Source: Pseudomonadota bacterium
Lineage (GTDB): Bacteria > Pseudomonadota > Alphaproteobacteria > UBA2136 > UBA6156
Assembly (NCBI GenBank): GCA_016125035.1
Contig: WGMN01000001.1
Coordinates: 258,427 to 322,426 of the forward strand
Direction of reading: 5' to 3'
Length of the DNA stretch: 64,000 nucleotides
Shown: piece by piece, positions 9,886 through 18,123 of the stretch
How the letters are laid out: each line of letters starts with the position of its first letter
How positions within the stretch are numbered: position 1 is the stretch's first letter
Made by a program: the position numbers and the translations under genes
Notes under the pieces: model-generated
What the model was told of the DNA's origin: nothing
Database searches by the model: none
Seen by the model: the letters and a program-made list of their open reading frames with translations, nothing else

Positions 9886-11037
9886 GTGATAATGGCGCAG
9901 GATTATTACCAGATTTTAGGCGTGGCCAAAGGGGCCAGCGAGGCCGAGCTGAAGGCCGCCTACCGCAAGGCGGCGATGAAGTATCACCCCGACCGCAACC
10001 CGGGGGATGCGGCGGCGGAGGCTAAATTCAAGGAAGCCAACGAAGCCTACGATGTGTTGCGCGACCCGCAAAAGCGCGCCGCCTATGACCGTTTTGGCCA
10101 CGACGCCTTTAAAAACGGTGGTGGTGGCGGCAACCCGTTTGGCGGCGGTGGCGGGCCGGGGGGTGGCTTCCACTTTGAAGGCAACTTTGACGACCTGTTT
10201 GAGGATTTGATGGGTGGGTTGTTTGGCGGCGGCGGACCGCAGACGCGGCGCAGCCATGTGAGCCGCGGCGCGGATTTGCGCTACAACCTGAACGTGGATT
10301 TGAAGGACGCCTACACCGGCACCAAGGTGGAAGTGGCCTATCCCACCACCGTGACCTGCGAAGTGTGCCACGGCAACGGCGCCAAGCCCGGCACCAAGCC
10401 CACCACCTGCCCCACCTGCGGCGGCGCGGGAAATGTGCACTTCCGCCAGGGGTTCTTCCAGATGAGCCGCACCTGCCCGGATTGCGGCGGCACGGGGCAG
10501 GTGATTAAGGACAAATGCCCGGAGTGCAAAGGCAGTGGCCGGTTGCGCAAGAACAAGAAATTGCAGGTGAACGTGCCCGCCGGGGTGGACGACGGCACGC
10601 GGTTGCGGCTGGCTGGAGAGGGCGAAGCCGGATTGCACGGCGGCGAAGCGGGAGACCTGTTTGTGTTTGTGAGCGTGAAGCCGCACCCGATTTTTAAGCG
10701 CGAAGGGATGAATCTGGCGATGGAAGTGCCGGTGGGCATGGTGGATGCCGCGCTGGGCACCGAGGTGGAGATACCCACCGTGACCGGCGAGAAGACCACG
10801 CTGAAGATACCCGCCGGAACGCAGCCGGGTGAAGTGGTGCGGCTGCCGGGCTTTGGCATGCCCGCCCTGGCGCGCCCGCGCGACAAGGGGGATTTGCAGG
10901 TGACGGTGGCGGTGGATGTGCCCACGCGGTTGAGCAAGGCGCAGAGGGAGGCGCTGGAAGGGTTGCGCGAGGAGCTGGGGGCGAGCCGTGGGGTTGAGGG
11001 GTTTAAGGCGAAGCTGAAGAAATTTTGGCAGGGGTAA
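9886..11037 (+). CDS. dnaJ: molecular chaperone DnaJ
   Basis: J-domain with HPDRN, a G/F-rich region, and four CxxCxGxG zinc-finger repeats. Confidence 0.97.
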   Translation: MIMAQDYYQILGVAKGASEAELKAAYRKAAMKYHPDRNPGDAAAEAKFKEANEAYDVLRDPQKRAAYDRFGHDAFKNGGGGGNPFGGGGGPGGGFHFEGNFDDLFEDLMGGLFGGGGPQTRRSHVSRGADLRYNLNVDLKDAYTGTKVEVAYPTTVTCEVCHGNGAKPGTKPTTCPTCGGAGNVHFRQGFFQMSRTCPDCGGTGQVIKDKCPECKGSGRLRKNKKLQVNVPAGVDDGTRLRLAGEGEAGLHGGEAGDLFVFVSVKPHPIFKREGMNLAMEVPVGMVDAALGTEVEIPTVTGEKTTLKIPAGTQPGEVVRLPGFGMPALARPRDKGDLQVTVAVDVPTRLSKAQREALEGLREELGASRGVEGFKAKLKKFWQG

Positions 11038-11043
11038 GAAAAG

Positions 11044-11075
11044 CCCCCGGAGGTTCCTTGCGGAATCTCCGGGGG
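11044..11075 (+). terminator. stem-loop after dnaJ (putative terminator)
   Basis: A 9-bp perfect stem CCCCCGGAG…CTCCGGGGG, but no U-run follows. Confidence 0.4.
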
Positions 11076-11127
11076 CACCCCCTGTGTGTCGGGCTACACG
11101 TCCCCTCTGAGCGTGCCGTGTGCTTGT

Positions 11128-11328
11128 TTAGGACGCGGCCGACCTTTGCGCGATCCATTCATTCAGCGGATCGAGACTAAACTGTTTAATCATTGTTTCG
11201 GCAGCCTCTGGCTCGAACCCCATTTGCTGAGCGACTTCGGCCGCTTGCGCGCGGGCCTGCGTGTCATTCTCCAGCAGAGACTTCCAGTAGGTCTGGTTGA
11301 TATTGCGCACCACATCGGTATAGTCCAT
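11128..11328 (-). CDS. small hypothetical protein (~66 aa)
   Basis: ORF with an internal Met start (MDYTDVVRNINQTYW…). No family was recognised. Confidence 0.3.
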   Translation of the reverse strand: MDYTDVVRNINQTYWKSLLENDTQARAQAAEVAQQMGFEPEAAETMIKQFSLDPLNEWIAQRSAAS

Positions 11329-11531
11329 CGTCGTTTCTCCCGTTGAGCCCGGGGCTTCTTGGCGTCCCCGGGTATAGCGGTTGTTCACCACGACTGCAGG
11401 GGGTGCCTGCCGCGTGACATCCGATTTGTGTTTCCCCATTTGAACACCGGTTTCGGCCGGTGTGATGGATGCCCCCACGGCTTCCATCTGGTTAAAATGC
11501 TGGCAGCGAAAAAGGGCCCTGTCAACGCTGT

Positions 11532-12224
11532 TTAATCTGCTGATTTGATTGTGTGGCGTATAAATTTTTCATCAGAATTGCAGAACTTCTCCACAGGACA
11601 AACACCACATTTGGGGGTGCGCGCGGTGCAGGTGTACCGCCCGTGGAGGATGAGCCAGTGGTGCGCGTTGAGGAGAAATTGCTGGGGGATGATGCGCATG
11701 AGGTCGGCCTCGGTTTTCTCTGGCGTGGGGGCGTTGGACAGGCCCAGGCGGCGGGCGACGCGGAAGACGTGGGTATCTACCGCCAGCGTGGGCTGCCCGA
11801 ACACCGTGTTGAGGATGACGTTGGCGGTTTTGCGGCCGACGCCGGGCAGGGCTTCCAGCTCTTCGCGCGTGTGGGGGACTTCGCCGTTGTGTTTTTCCTG
11901 CAGGATTTGCGACAGGGCGATGACGTTTTTGGCTTTGCCGCGGAACAGGCCGATGGTTTTGATGTGGGAGCTGAGGCCTGCTTCCCCCAGGGTGAGCATT
12001 TGGGAGGGGGTGTGGATTTTATCGAACAACTCTGCGGTGGCTTTGTTGACGCCTTTATCGGTGGCCTGGGCGGAAAGCACCACCGCCACCAGCAGCTGGT
12101 AGGGGTTGTGGGCGATGAGCTCGGTGGTGGGAGAGGGCTGCCGCTTTTGGAAAGTGGTGAAGATGGCGTTGATGCGCGCGGCTTGACCTGCCGGGCTGCG
12201 TTTTACGCCTTTGGTTTGGCCCAT
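11532..12224 (-). CDS. nth: endonuclease III
   Basis: HhH-GPD motif (LPGVGRKTANVIL) and the C-terminal [4Fe-4S] cluster motif C-x6-C-x2-C-x5-C. Confidence 0.93.
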   Translation of the reverse strand: MGQTKGVKRSPAGQAARINAIFTTFQKRQPSPTTELIAHNPYQLLVAVVLSAQATDKGVNKATAELFDKIHTPSQMLTLGEAGLSSHIKTIGLFRGKAKNVIALSQILQEKHNGEVPHTREELEALPGVGRKTANVILNTVFGQPTLAVDTHVFRVARRLGLSNAPTPEKTEADLMRIIPQQFLLNAHHWLILHGRYTCTARTPKCGVCPVEKFCNSDEKFIRHTIKSAD

Positions 12225-13225
12225 GTTTGGTACCAGGTGTTGAGGCGGGTGAGGCCGACCTCCAGCGGGGTGGAGGGGGCCCAGCCGACGGCTTTTTTGA
12301 GTTTGGCGGTGGAGGCGGAGGTTTTATAGACCTCGGTGGCGGGCCAGCCCTCCAGCTTGAGGTTGGCTTTTTTGCCGGTGACCTTCTCCAGCGTTTTGAT
12401 GAAGGAGAGCATCTGCACCGGATTTTGGTTGCCGAGGTTGTAGAGGGTGTGGGGCGTGGGGGTTGCCGCCGGTGCGTGGGGCATGAGGCGGAGGATGGCT
12501 TCCACGATGTCATCCACGTAGGTGAAGTCGCGCCACAGATCGCCTTTGTTGAAGAGTTTGATGGGCTGCTTTTTGTAGAGGGCCTCGGTGAACATCAAGG
12601 GCGTCATGTCTGGGCGGCCCCAGGGGCCGTAGACGGTGAAGAAGCGCAAGCCCGAGGACGGCGTGCCGAACTGGTGCGCCCAGGCGTGGGTGAGCATTTC
12701 ATCCGCGCGTTTGGTGGCGGCATAAAGGCTGACCGGGCGCGAGACGTCATCGGCTTCCGCAAACGGTTTGGTGGGCTTGCCGGGTTGGGCGTTGGCGCCG
12801 TAGACGCTGGACGAGCTGGCGTAGAGCAGGTGCTTGATGGGGGCTTTGGCATCCGCCAGCGCTTTGCAGGCCTGGAGCACGGTGAAGTGACCGATGAGGT
12901 TGGAGTTAAGGTAATCCACCTGGTTGATGAGGCCGTAGCGCACCCCCGCCTGCGCGGCGAGGTGGATGATGTGCGAGGGCTTGGTGGCCAGGGCGAGTTT
13001 GATGACCGCCTTGCTGTTGGCGAGATCCAGCTTTTTGAAGGTGAAGTTTTTGGCCTTGGGGTGGCGGGCAAGTTCGCTCAATCGGGCTTTTTTGAGCTTG
13101 GGGCTGTAGTAGCTGTTGAGGTTATCCAGGCCCACGACCTTATAGCCTTCATCCAGCAGGCGGCGGGTGACGGCGAAGCCGATGAAGCCTGCGGCGCCGG
13201 TGACGAGAATGGGGGATTTAGGCAT
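12203..13225 (-). CDS. NAD-dependent nucleotide-sugar epimerase (SDR family, UDP-glucuronate 4-epimerase-like)
   Basis: Rossmann motif TGAAGFIG and catalytic YxxxK (YAATK). Confidence 0.85.
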   Translation of the reverse strand: MPKSPILVTGAAGFIGFAVTRRLLDEGYKVVGLDNLNSYYSPKLKKARLSELARHPKAKNFTFKKLDLANSKAVIKLALATKPSHIIHLAAQAGVRYGLINQVDYLNSNLIGHFTVLQACKALADAKAPIKHLLYASSSSVYGANAQPGKPTKPFAEADDVSRPVSLYAATKRADEMLTHAWAHQFGTPSSGLRFFTVYGPWGRPDMTPLMFTEALYKKQPIKLFNKGDLWRDFTYVDDIVEAILRLMPHAPAATPTPHTLYNLGNQNPVQMLSFIKTLEKVTGKKANLKLEGWPATEVYKTSASTAKLKKAVGWAPSTPLEVGLTRLNTWYQTWAKPKA

Positions 13226-13901
13226 GGGGTTTTTCTTTCTTGTAGGCCATCATTTGCCACTGGCGCGGGGTGGGGGATGTGCAGGCTGCGGCGAAGTGTT
13301 TCCAGCTGACGTGGCGGGCGGGGGTTCCAGGCTCGCCTGGGTCATGGAAAATGGGGCCCTTGGTGTTGAAATCATAAACCAGGACGCGGTGACCTGAGTA
13401 GCCTTTACGGCGGTTGAGTTTGCGCGAATTGAGCGCCACAGAAACAAGGAACCCTTTTTTAATATATTCCTTGATGGCCTTCACTGAAGACTGGTGGAAG
13501 GGGATATCCAGTTTACCGCTTTTGCGCAGGCGGAGGTATTCGCGCAGGGCCTTTTCCACGGAAGGGCGGTGACAATGATGAAGCTGGATTTTACCGGCTT
13601 CTTCGCCAAAGCTTTGGAGAAGTGCTTCTTCAAGACCATATTTTTGATAGAGGTCCATGAAGCTAACTTTTTCAGGTTCACGCGAAAAGCCGACCATGGT
13701 GTAGCCGCGCTTATAAAAGTTAATGAGGGAGCGTTGGTTCCATGCCCATTTGCCGGGGTATTTGGCGGTGAACTTATCCATATCGGCCCAGTTGAGGCGG
13801 ATGTCCGGCTCGAAGTGTTCCAGCACGCTGCGCAGGACGGCCTGAACGCAGTGGCCATCGCCGATGTTCTCGTAGAAAGGCGGGATGGGGCGCTTCTTCA
13901 C
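13218..13901 (-). CDS. hypothetical protein, possible papain/C39-like Cys-His fold
   Basis: GDGHCVQAV motif near the N-terminus and conserved His residues later. The call rests on a weak family impression only. Confidence 0.3.
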   Translation of the reverse strand: MKKRPIPPFYENIGDGHCVQAVLRSVLEHFEPDIRLNWADMDKFTAKYPGKWAWNQRSLINFYKRGYTMVGFSREPEKVSFMDLYQKYGLEEALLQSFGEEAGKIQLHHCHRPSVEKALREYLRLRKSGKLDIPFHQSSVKAIKEYIKKGFLVSVALNSRKLNRRKGYSGHRVLVYDFNTKGPIFHDPGEPGTPARHVSWKHFAAACTSPTPRQWQMMAYKKEKPHA

Positions 13902-14857
13902 TTTTTGGATTTGGTTTTGCGGCGTTTGATTTCGTCTTCGCGCAGGGCTTGGCGGCGGTCATGCCTCTCGGCCATCTGGTGCAGGAAGGGTTGCAGGCGC
14001 CCGGCGATGTAGGGATCTTGCAGGGCGAAGTAGAGGTTGGCCATTTGGAAGCCGACCTTATCGCCGCAATCGAACCGCAGGCCGTTGTGGAGATAGCCGG
14101 TGAAGCCTTCCTTTTTGCAGACCTCGATCATGGCGTCGGTGAGCTGGATCTCGCCGCCGCGGCCGGGTTTGGTTTTGGCGAGTTGGGCCATGTGGCGGCC
14201 GGTGAGCACGTAGCGCCCGACGATGGCCAGGTTGGACGGGGCTTTTTTGGGCTCCGGCTTTTCCACAAAAGTTTTGACGCGGGCGCGGTTGTTTTTGATG
14301 CCGGTGCCGCCGAGATCGAGGATGCCGTACTGGTTGGTGCGGTCTGGCGCCACTTCTTCCGCCATCACCACGCTTTTGCCGGTCTCGTTATAGATGGCGA
14401 GCATCTCTTTGAGCGGGTTGCCTTGGGAGGTGTCGATGATGTCATCTGGCAGCAGCACGGCGAAGGGTTCTTCCTGCGTGATGCCCGCCGCACAGCCCAC
14501 CGCGTGGCCCAGGCCCAGGGGTTGGCCTTGGCGGGTGTAATAAACCTTGGCGTCGGCGGGGAGGACACTCTCCACCAGTTTAAGCTCGGCCAGTTTGCCT
14601 TTTTTGCGCAGGGTGTCGGCGAGTTCGTACGGGTGGTCGAAGTGATTTTCCATCACCGCCTTGCCGCGGCCGGTGATGAAGATGAACTCGCGGATGCCGG
14701 CGGCGTAGGCCTCTTCCACCGCGTATTGGATGATGGGTTTGGCCACCACGGTGAGCATCTCTTTGGGCATGGCCTTGGTGGCGGGCAGAAACCGCGTGCC
14801 CAGGCCCGCCGCCGGAATGATGGCCTTGGTGACCTTTTGGAATTTAGCTTTTGCCAT
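13898..14857 (-). CDS. galU: UTP-glucose-1-phosphate uridylyltransferase
   Basis: AIIPAAGLGTRFLPATKAMPKEML N-terminal signature. Confidence 0.93.
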   Translation of the reverse strand: MAKAKFQKVTKAIIPAAGLGTRFLPATKAMPKEMLTVVAKPIIQYAVEEAYAAGIREFIFITGRGKAVMENHFDHPYELADTLRKKGKLAELKLVESVLPADAKVYYTRQGQPLGLGHAVGCAAGITQEEPFAVLLPDDIIDTSQGNPLKEMLAIYNETGKSVVMAEEVAPDRTNQYGILDLGGTGIKNNRARVKTFVEKPEPKKAPSNLAIVGRYVLTGRHMAQLAKTKPGRGGEIQLTDAMIEVCKKEGFTGYLHNGLRFDCGDKVGFQMANLYFALQDPYIAGRLQPFLHQMAERHDRRQALREDEIKRRKTKSKK

Positions 14858-14892
14858 GCGGATGAACCCTCTCCCCCCTGAGTTTGCTTAGC

Positions 14893-15858
14893 CTACCCCC
14901 TGCGGATGGCAAGCGCCACCGCGGTGATAAACAAAAGACCGATGAAAAAACCGAGCTCTGGGTAGCCCAGGACCATACTGCCCAGCGCAAGCAGCAGCAG
15001 CGCCACGTTAAGGATGGTCACAGCGACGAGAAGTTGCCGGTGGCTGTAGCCCAAAGAGAGAAAACGGTGGAACCAGAAGGTTTTATGCGGCTCCCACGGT
15101 TTATGGCCGGTGAGGACACGGCGGATGAGGGTGGAGGTGGCGTCTCCGCAGAATACGAGCGTGATGGTGATGAGTGGCCAGATGACCGTCCAGGTATCAT
15201 CTGCGCAGGCCACCAGCAGCAGGCCACCCAGTGTGTAGCCGAGCCAGGTGGAGGAAACATCGCCCATGAACACCTTGGCGGGGGGAGCGTTGACGCGCAA
15301 AAAGCCGAGGCCAACCGCCGCGATAAGCACCGCCAACGGAGCAAAGGCCGGCACCAGAAGGGAAATGCCAATGCTGATGACAATGGCCTCTGACGTGGCG
15401 AGGCCGTCGGCGCCATCCATGAAGTTGAAGAGGTTGACGAACCAGCCCCAGGAGAGGATGAGCAGCGCTTTTTCTGCCCACAGGGGCATGAAGTCGAACA
15501 GTTGGGGCAGGAACATGCTGCCGATGGCCACGGCGCCCAGGTGCACCGCCAGGCGGATGCGCGGGGGGACGTGGGCGTGGTCATCCACCCAGCCCACCCA
15601 GGCCAGCGGCAGGCCGGCGAGCAACAGCACCGTGAGGAAGGCGGCAAAGGGAAGGTGCAGGCTCCACACCGCCAGCAGGCCCGCAGGGGTAACCAGCAGC
15701 GGAAAGAGAAAGCCGCCGCCGTGGGGGGTGGGTGTGGTGTGGATGTGCCTTTCCCCCGCCGCGATAAGGCCGCGCCTAGCACAGGTGCGCACGGCAAAAG
15801 GCGCCAGCAGCACGGATGCAAGAAACACGACGGCAGGGAGCACCAGGGCCAGTGTCAT
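14893..15858 (-). CDS. polyprenyl-phosphate sugar-1-phosphate transferase (GT4 MraY/WecA family)
   Basis: Polytopic membrane protein with the NFMDGADGL signature. Confidence 0.8.
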   Translation of the reverse strand: MTLALVLPAVVFLASVLLAPFAVRTCARRGLIAAGERHIHTTPTPHGGGFLFPLLVTPAGLLAVWSLHLPFAAFLTVLLLAGLPLAWVGWVDDHAHVPPRIRLAVHLGAVAIGSMFLPQLFDFMPLWAEKALLILSWGWFVNLFNFMDGADGLATSEAIVISIGISLLVPAFAPLAVLIAAVGLGFLRVNAPPAKVFMGDVSSTWLGYTLGGLLLVACADDTWTVIWPLITITLVFCGDATSTLIRRVLTGHKPWEPHKTFWFHRFLSLGYSHRQLLVAVTILNVALLLLALGSMVLGYPELGFFIGLLFITAVALAIRRG

Positions 15859-17109
15859 CTATGCGCGGGCGGTGAGTTGCTTCATCAAGTTGAGGTATTG
15901 TTCCGCCAGCAGGCTGTGGAGGAAGGTTTTGGCGACGTAGATGCGCCCGCGCGCGGCCATCTTCTCGCGCCGGGCGGGATCATCCAGCAAGGTGGAGATG
16001 GCCTCGGCCAGGGCATCCGGCGCCTCCGGCGGGACGACCATGGCCGAGCCGGACTCTTGCATGATCTCCGCCCCCTCGCCGCGCAGGCAGGCCACCGCGC
16101 AGCTTTGCGCGGCCATGATCTCGAACATTTTGCTGGGGATGAACATGTCGAAGTCCGGGATGTTCTTCAGGCACACCAGGTTGATGTCGGCCATAGAGTA
16201 ATAAGCCCAGGTCTCGGCATGTTTGACCGGCGGCAGGAACTGCACGTTGGGCACGCCTTTGGCGTAGTTTTGCAGCTTTTCCTTATCGGCCCCCGAGCCG
16301 ACGAAGAGGAACACCACATCGGTGCGTTTGACCAGCAGGCGCGCGGCATCGATGATTTGGCCCAAGGCCTGAGCCTCGCCATGGTTGCCGATATAAAGCA
16401 CGATCTTGGTGAGCGGGCTTAAGCCCAGCTTGCTGCGCAGCTTGGCGGTTTCGCCGCTTTGGCGGGGGGCCAGCGCGGCGGCGTAGTCGGTATCCGACAC
16501 GCCGTTGAACACGGTGTAGAGTTTATCTGCCACGATGCCGCGCGCGGAGATCTGGCGGCCGAAGCTGCGGGTGACGGTGACGATGGCATCGGCCCGGCGG
16601 TAGAGGAACATCTCCAGCGCCGAGAGCACCTTGTAGATGAAGCCGGGGCGCAGGATGCCCATTTGCACGAAAATGGCGGGCCAGAGGTCGCGCACCTCGA
16701 AAATGAATTTAGCCTTATGGCGGCGCGCCAGCAGCCAGGCGCTGCCGACACAGAAAAAGCTGGGCGAGCTGGCCATGATGACATCTGGCCGGTTGGCGCT
16801 TTTGCGCCAGTTGCGCTTGAGAACGCTCCAGGCAAAGCTGATTTGGTTGAACACGCGCTTGAACTTGCCGCGGTTGGGAGCAACGTAGAGCCAGTGGCGG
16901 CGCACGGGGACGCCGTCGACCACCTCGTCATAGTACGGCGGGCGGTTTTGGTAGGCGGGGGGAACCACGCCATCCGGGTGGTTGGGAATGCCGGTGAGGA
17001 CGGTGACCTGCTCGCCCCGCTCCAGCCAGCTTTTGGCCAGCCCGCTGATGCGTGCGGACGGGGCGCCGGTCTCGGGCGGGTAGTACTGACAAATGACCCA
17101 TATATTCAT
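15859..17109 (-). CDS. glycosyltransferase, GT4-like (WbuB-like)
   Basis: Two Rossmann-like halves and a C-terminal E-x7-E-like region. Confidence 0.78.
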   Translation of the reverse strand: MNIWVICQYYPPETGAPSARISGLAKSWLERGEQVTVLTGIPNHPDGVVPPAYQNRPPYYDEVVDGVPVRRHWLYVAPNRGKFKRVFNQISFAWSVLKRNWRKSANRPDVIMASSPSFFCVGSAWLLARRHKAKFIFEVRDLWPAIFVQMGILRPGFIYKVLSALEMFLYRRADAIVTVTRSFGRQISARGIVADKLYTVFNGVSDTDYAAALAPRQSGETAKLRSKLGLSPLTKIVLYIGNHGEAQALGQIIDAARLLVKRTDVVFLFVGSGADKEKLQNYAKGVPNVQFLPPVKHAETWAYYSMADINLVCLKNIPDFDMFIPSKMFEIMAAQSCAVACLRGEGAEIMQESGSAMVVPPEAPDALAEAISTLLDDPARREKMAARGRIYVAKTFLHSLLAEQYLNLMKQLTARA

Positions 17110-17153
17110 GCTTGTTTTCTAGCATATGTTGGGGATGTTGGCTCGCGCGGCGC

Positions 17154-18047
17154 CTAAAGAATAACCTGCTCGCGTTCCGGCGCGATTTTTTGCAGCATGC
17201 TTTGAAAGGTGCGGAGTTTGCGCGGGTCTTGCTGTTCCAGCGGCGTGTGGATGATGATGCGGTTGGGCTCCAGCGACTGGATTTTGCAGGCCTTCCAGGC
17301 GTTGTTGACGAAGTGTTTGATTTCATTATCCCGCTTTTCCTGGTCGGTTTCGCCCTTGCCGTCTGGGATAAGGGTGATGCGGCGCAGGCCGAGGATGGTT
17401 TGCAGGTGTTTGACGTTGATGCCGTCTTTCTCCAGCCAGGCGGACATGTGCTCGGGCTTCATGCGGATGACCGCCCAGGAGTTGGAGGCGCCCATCCAGA
17501 TGGCGGTGATGCAGTCTGGGTAGTATTCCTCGGTGACGGCGGCGACAAACTCCTTGCCCCGGCGGGTGGCGATGCGCATTTTGGAGACCGGCTCTACGCT
17601 GGCGCACATGGCCACCACCTGGCGCGTGCCCACGGGCGGTTTTTCGTGGAAATCCATCACCGAGAGGAGGTTCTCGGGGATGAAGACGAATTTATCGTCC
17701 TGGATGCGGTAGATGATGCCAGCGTCGCGGAAGCCCGCCACCTCGGCCTCCAGGATGCGGCCGGGGGCGCCATCGCCCCACTGCATGAGCTCCATGGTGG
17801 TGATGAGCTGCTTGGTGGTGGGCAGGATGGGATTGTTGATATCCACCCACACGCCGTGCTCGCCGAAGCCATTGCGGCGGCGGACGGTGATATCGGCGAG
17901 GTCTAAGTTGACGTCGACCTCTACCAGCATGCCGCGGTCGACGTACGACAGGCGGATGGCGTTGGCCAGGGCGAGCTCGAGCTGGCGTTCGGTCCAGCCG
18001 TATTCCTCGCCTATTTTTTTAATGGTTGGGATATCGACAATATTCAT
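17154..18047 (-). CDS. hypothetical soluble protein (297 aa), last gene of the cluster
   Basis: ORF with plausible codon usage. No family was recognised. Confidence 0.45.
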   Translation of the reverse strand: MNIVDIPTIKKIGEEYGWTERQLELALANAIRLSYVDRGMLVEVDVNLDLADITVRRRNGFGEHGVWVDINNPILPTTKQLITTMELMQWGDGAPGRILEAEVAGFRDAGIIYRIQDDKFVFIPENLLSVMDFHEKPPVGTRQVVAMCASVEPVSKMRIATRRGKEFVAAVTEEYYPDCITAIWMGASNSWAVIRMKPEHMSAWLEKDGINVKHLQTILGLRRITLIPDGKGETDQEKRDNEIKHFVNNAWKACKIQSLEPNRIIIHTPLEQQDPRKLRTFQSMLQKIAPEREQVIL

Positions 18048-18123
18048 GGCTGTGCCTGAGGTGTCCCTTGCGTTTCTGTGAGTTTAGGCAAGGACAGCGC
18101 GCGGCGCAAGGGCCAAAAAATAG

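Noticed and set aside
12227-13309. 360-aa plus-strand ORF opposite the epimerase
   Set aside because: It is antisense to a strongly supported SDR epimerase, and its translation is low-complexity.
17154-18047. Possibility that the 297-aa terminal gene is TraW or TrbC
   Set aside because: It has no signal peptide and no recognisable motif. It is left as hypothetical.
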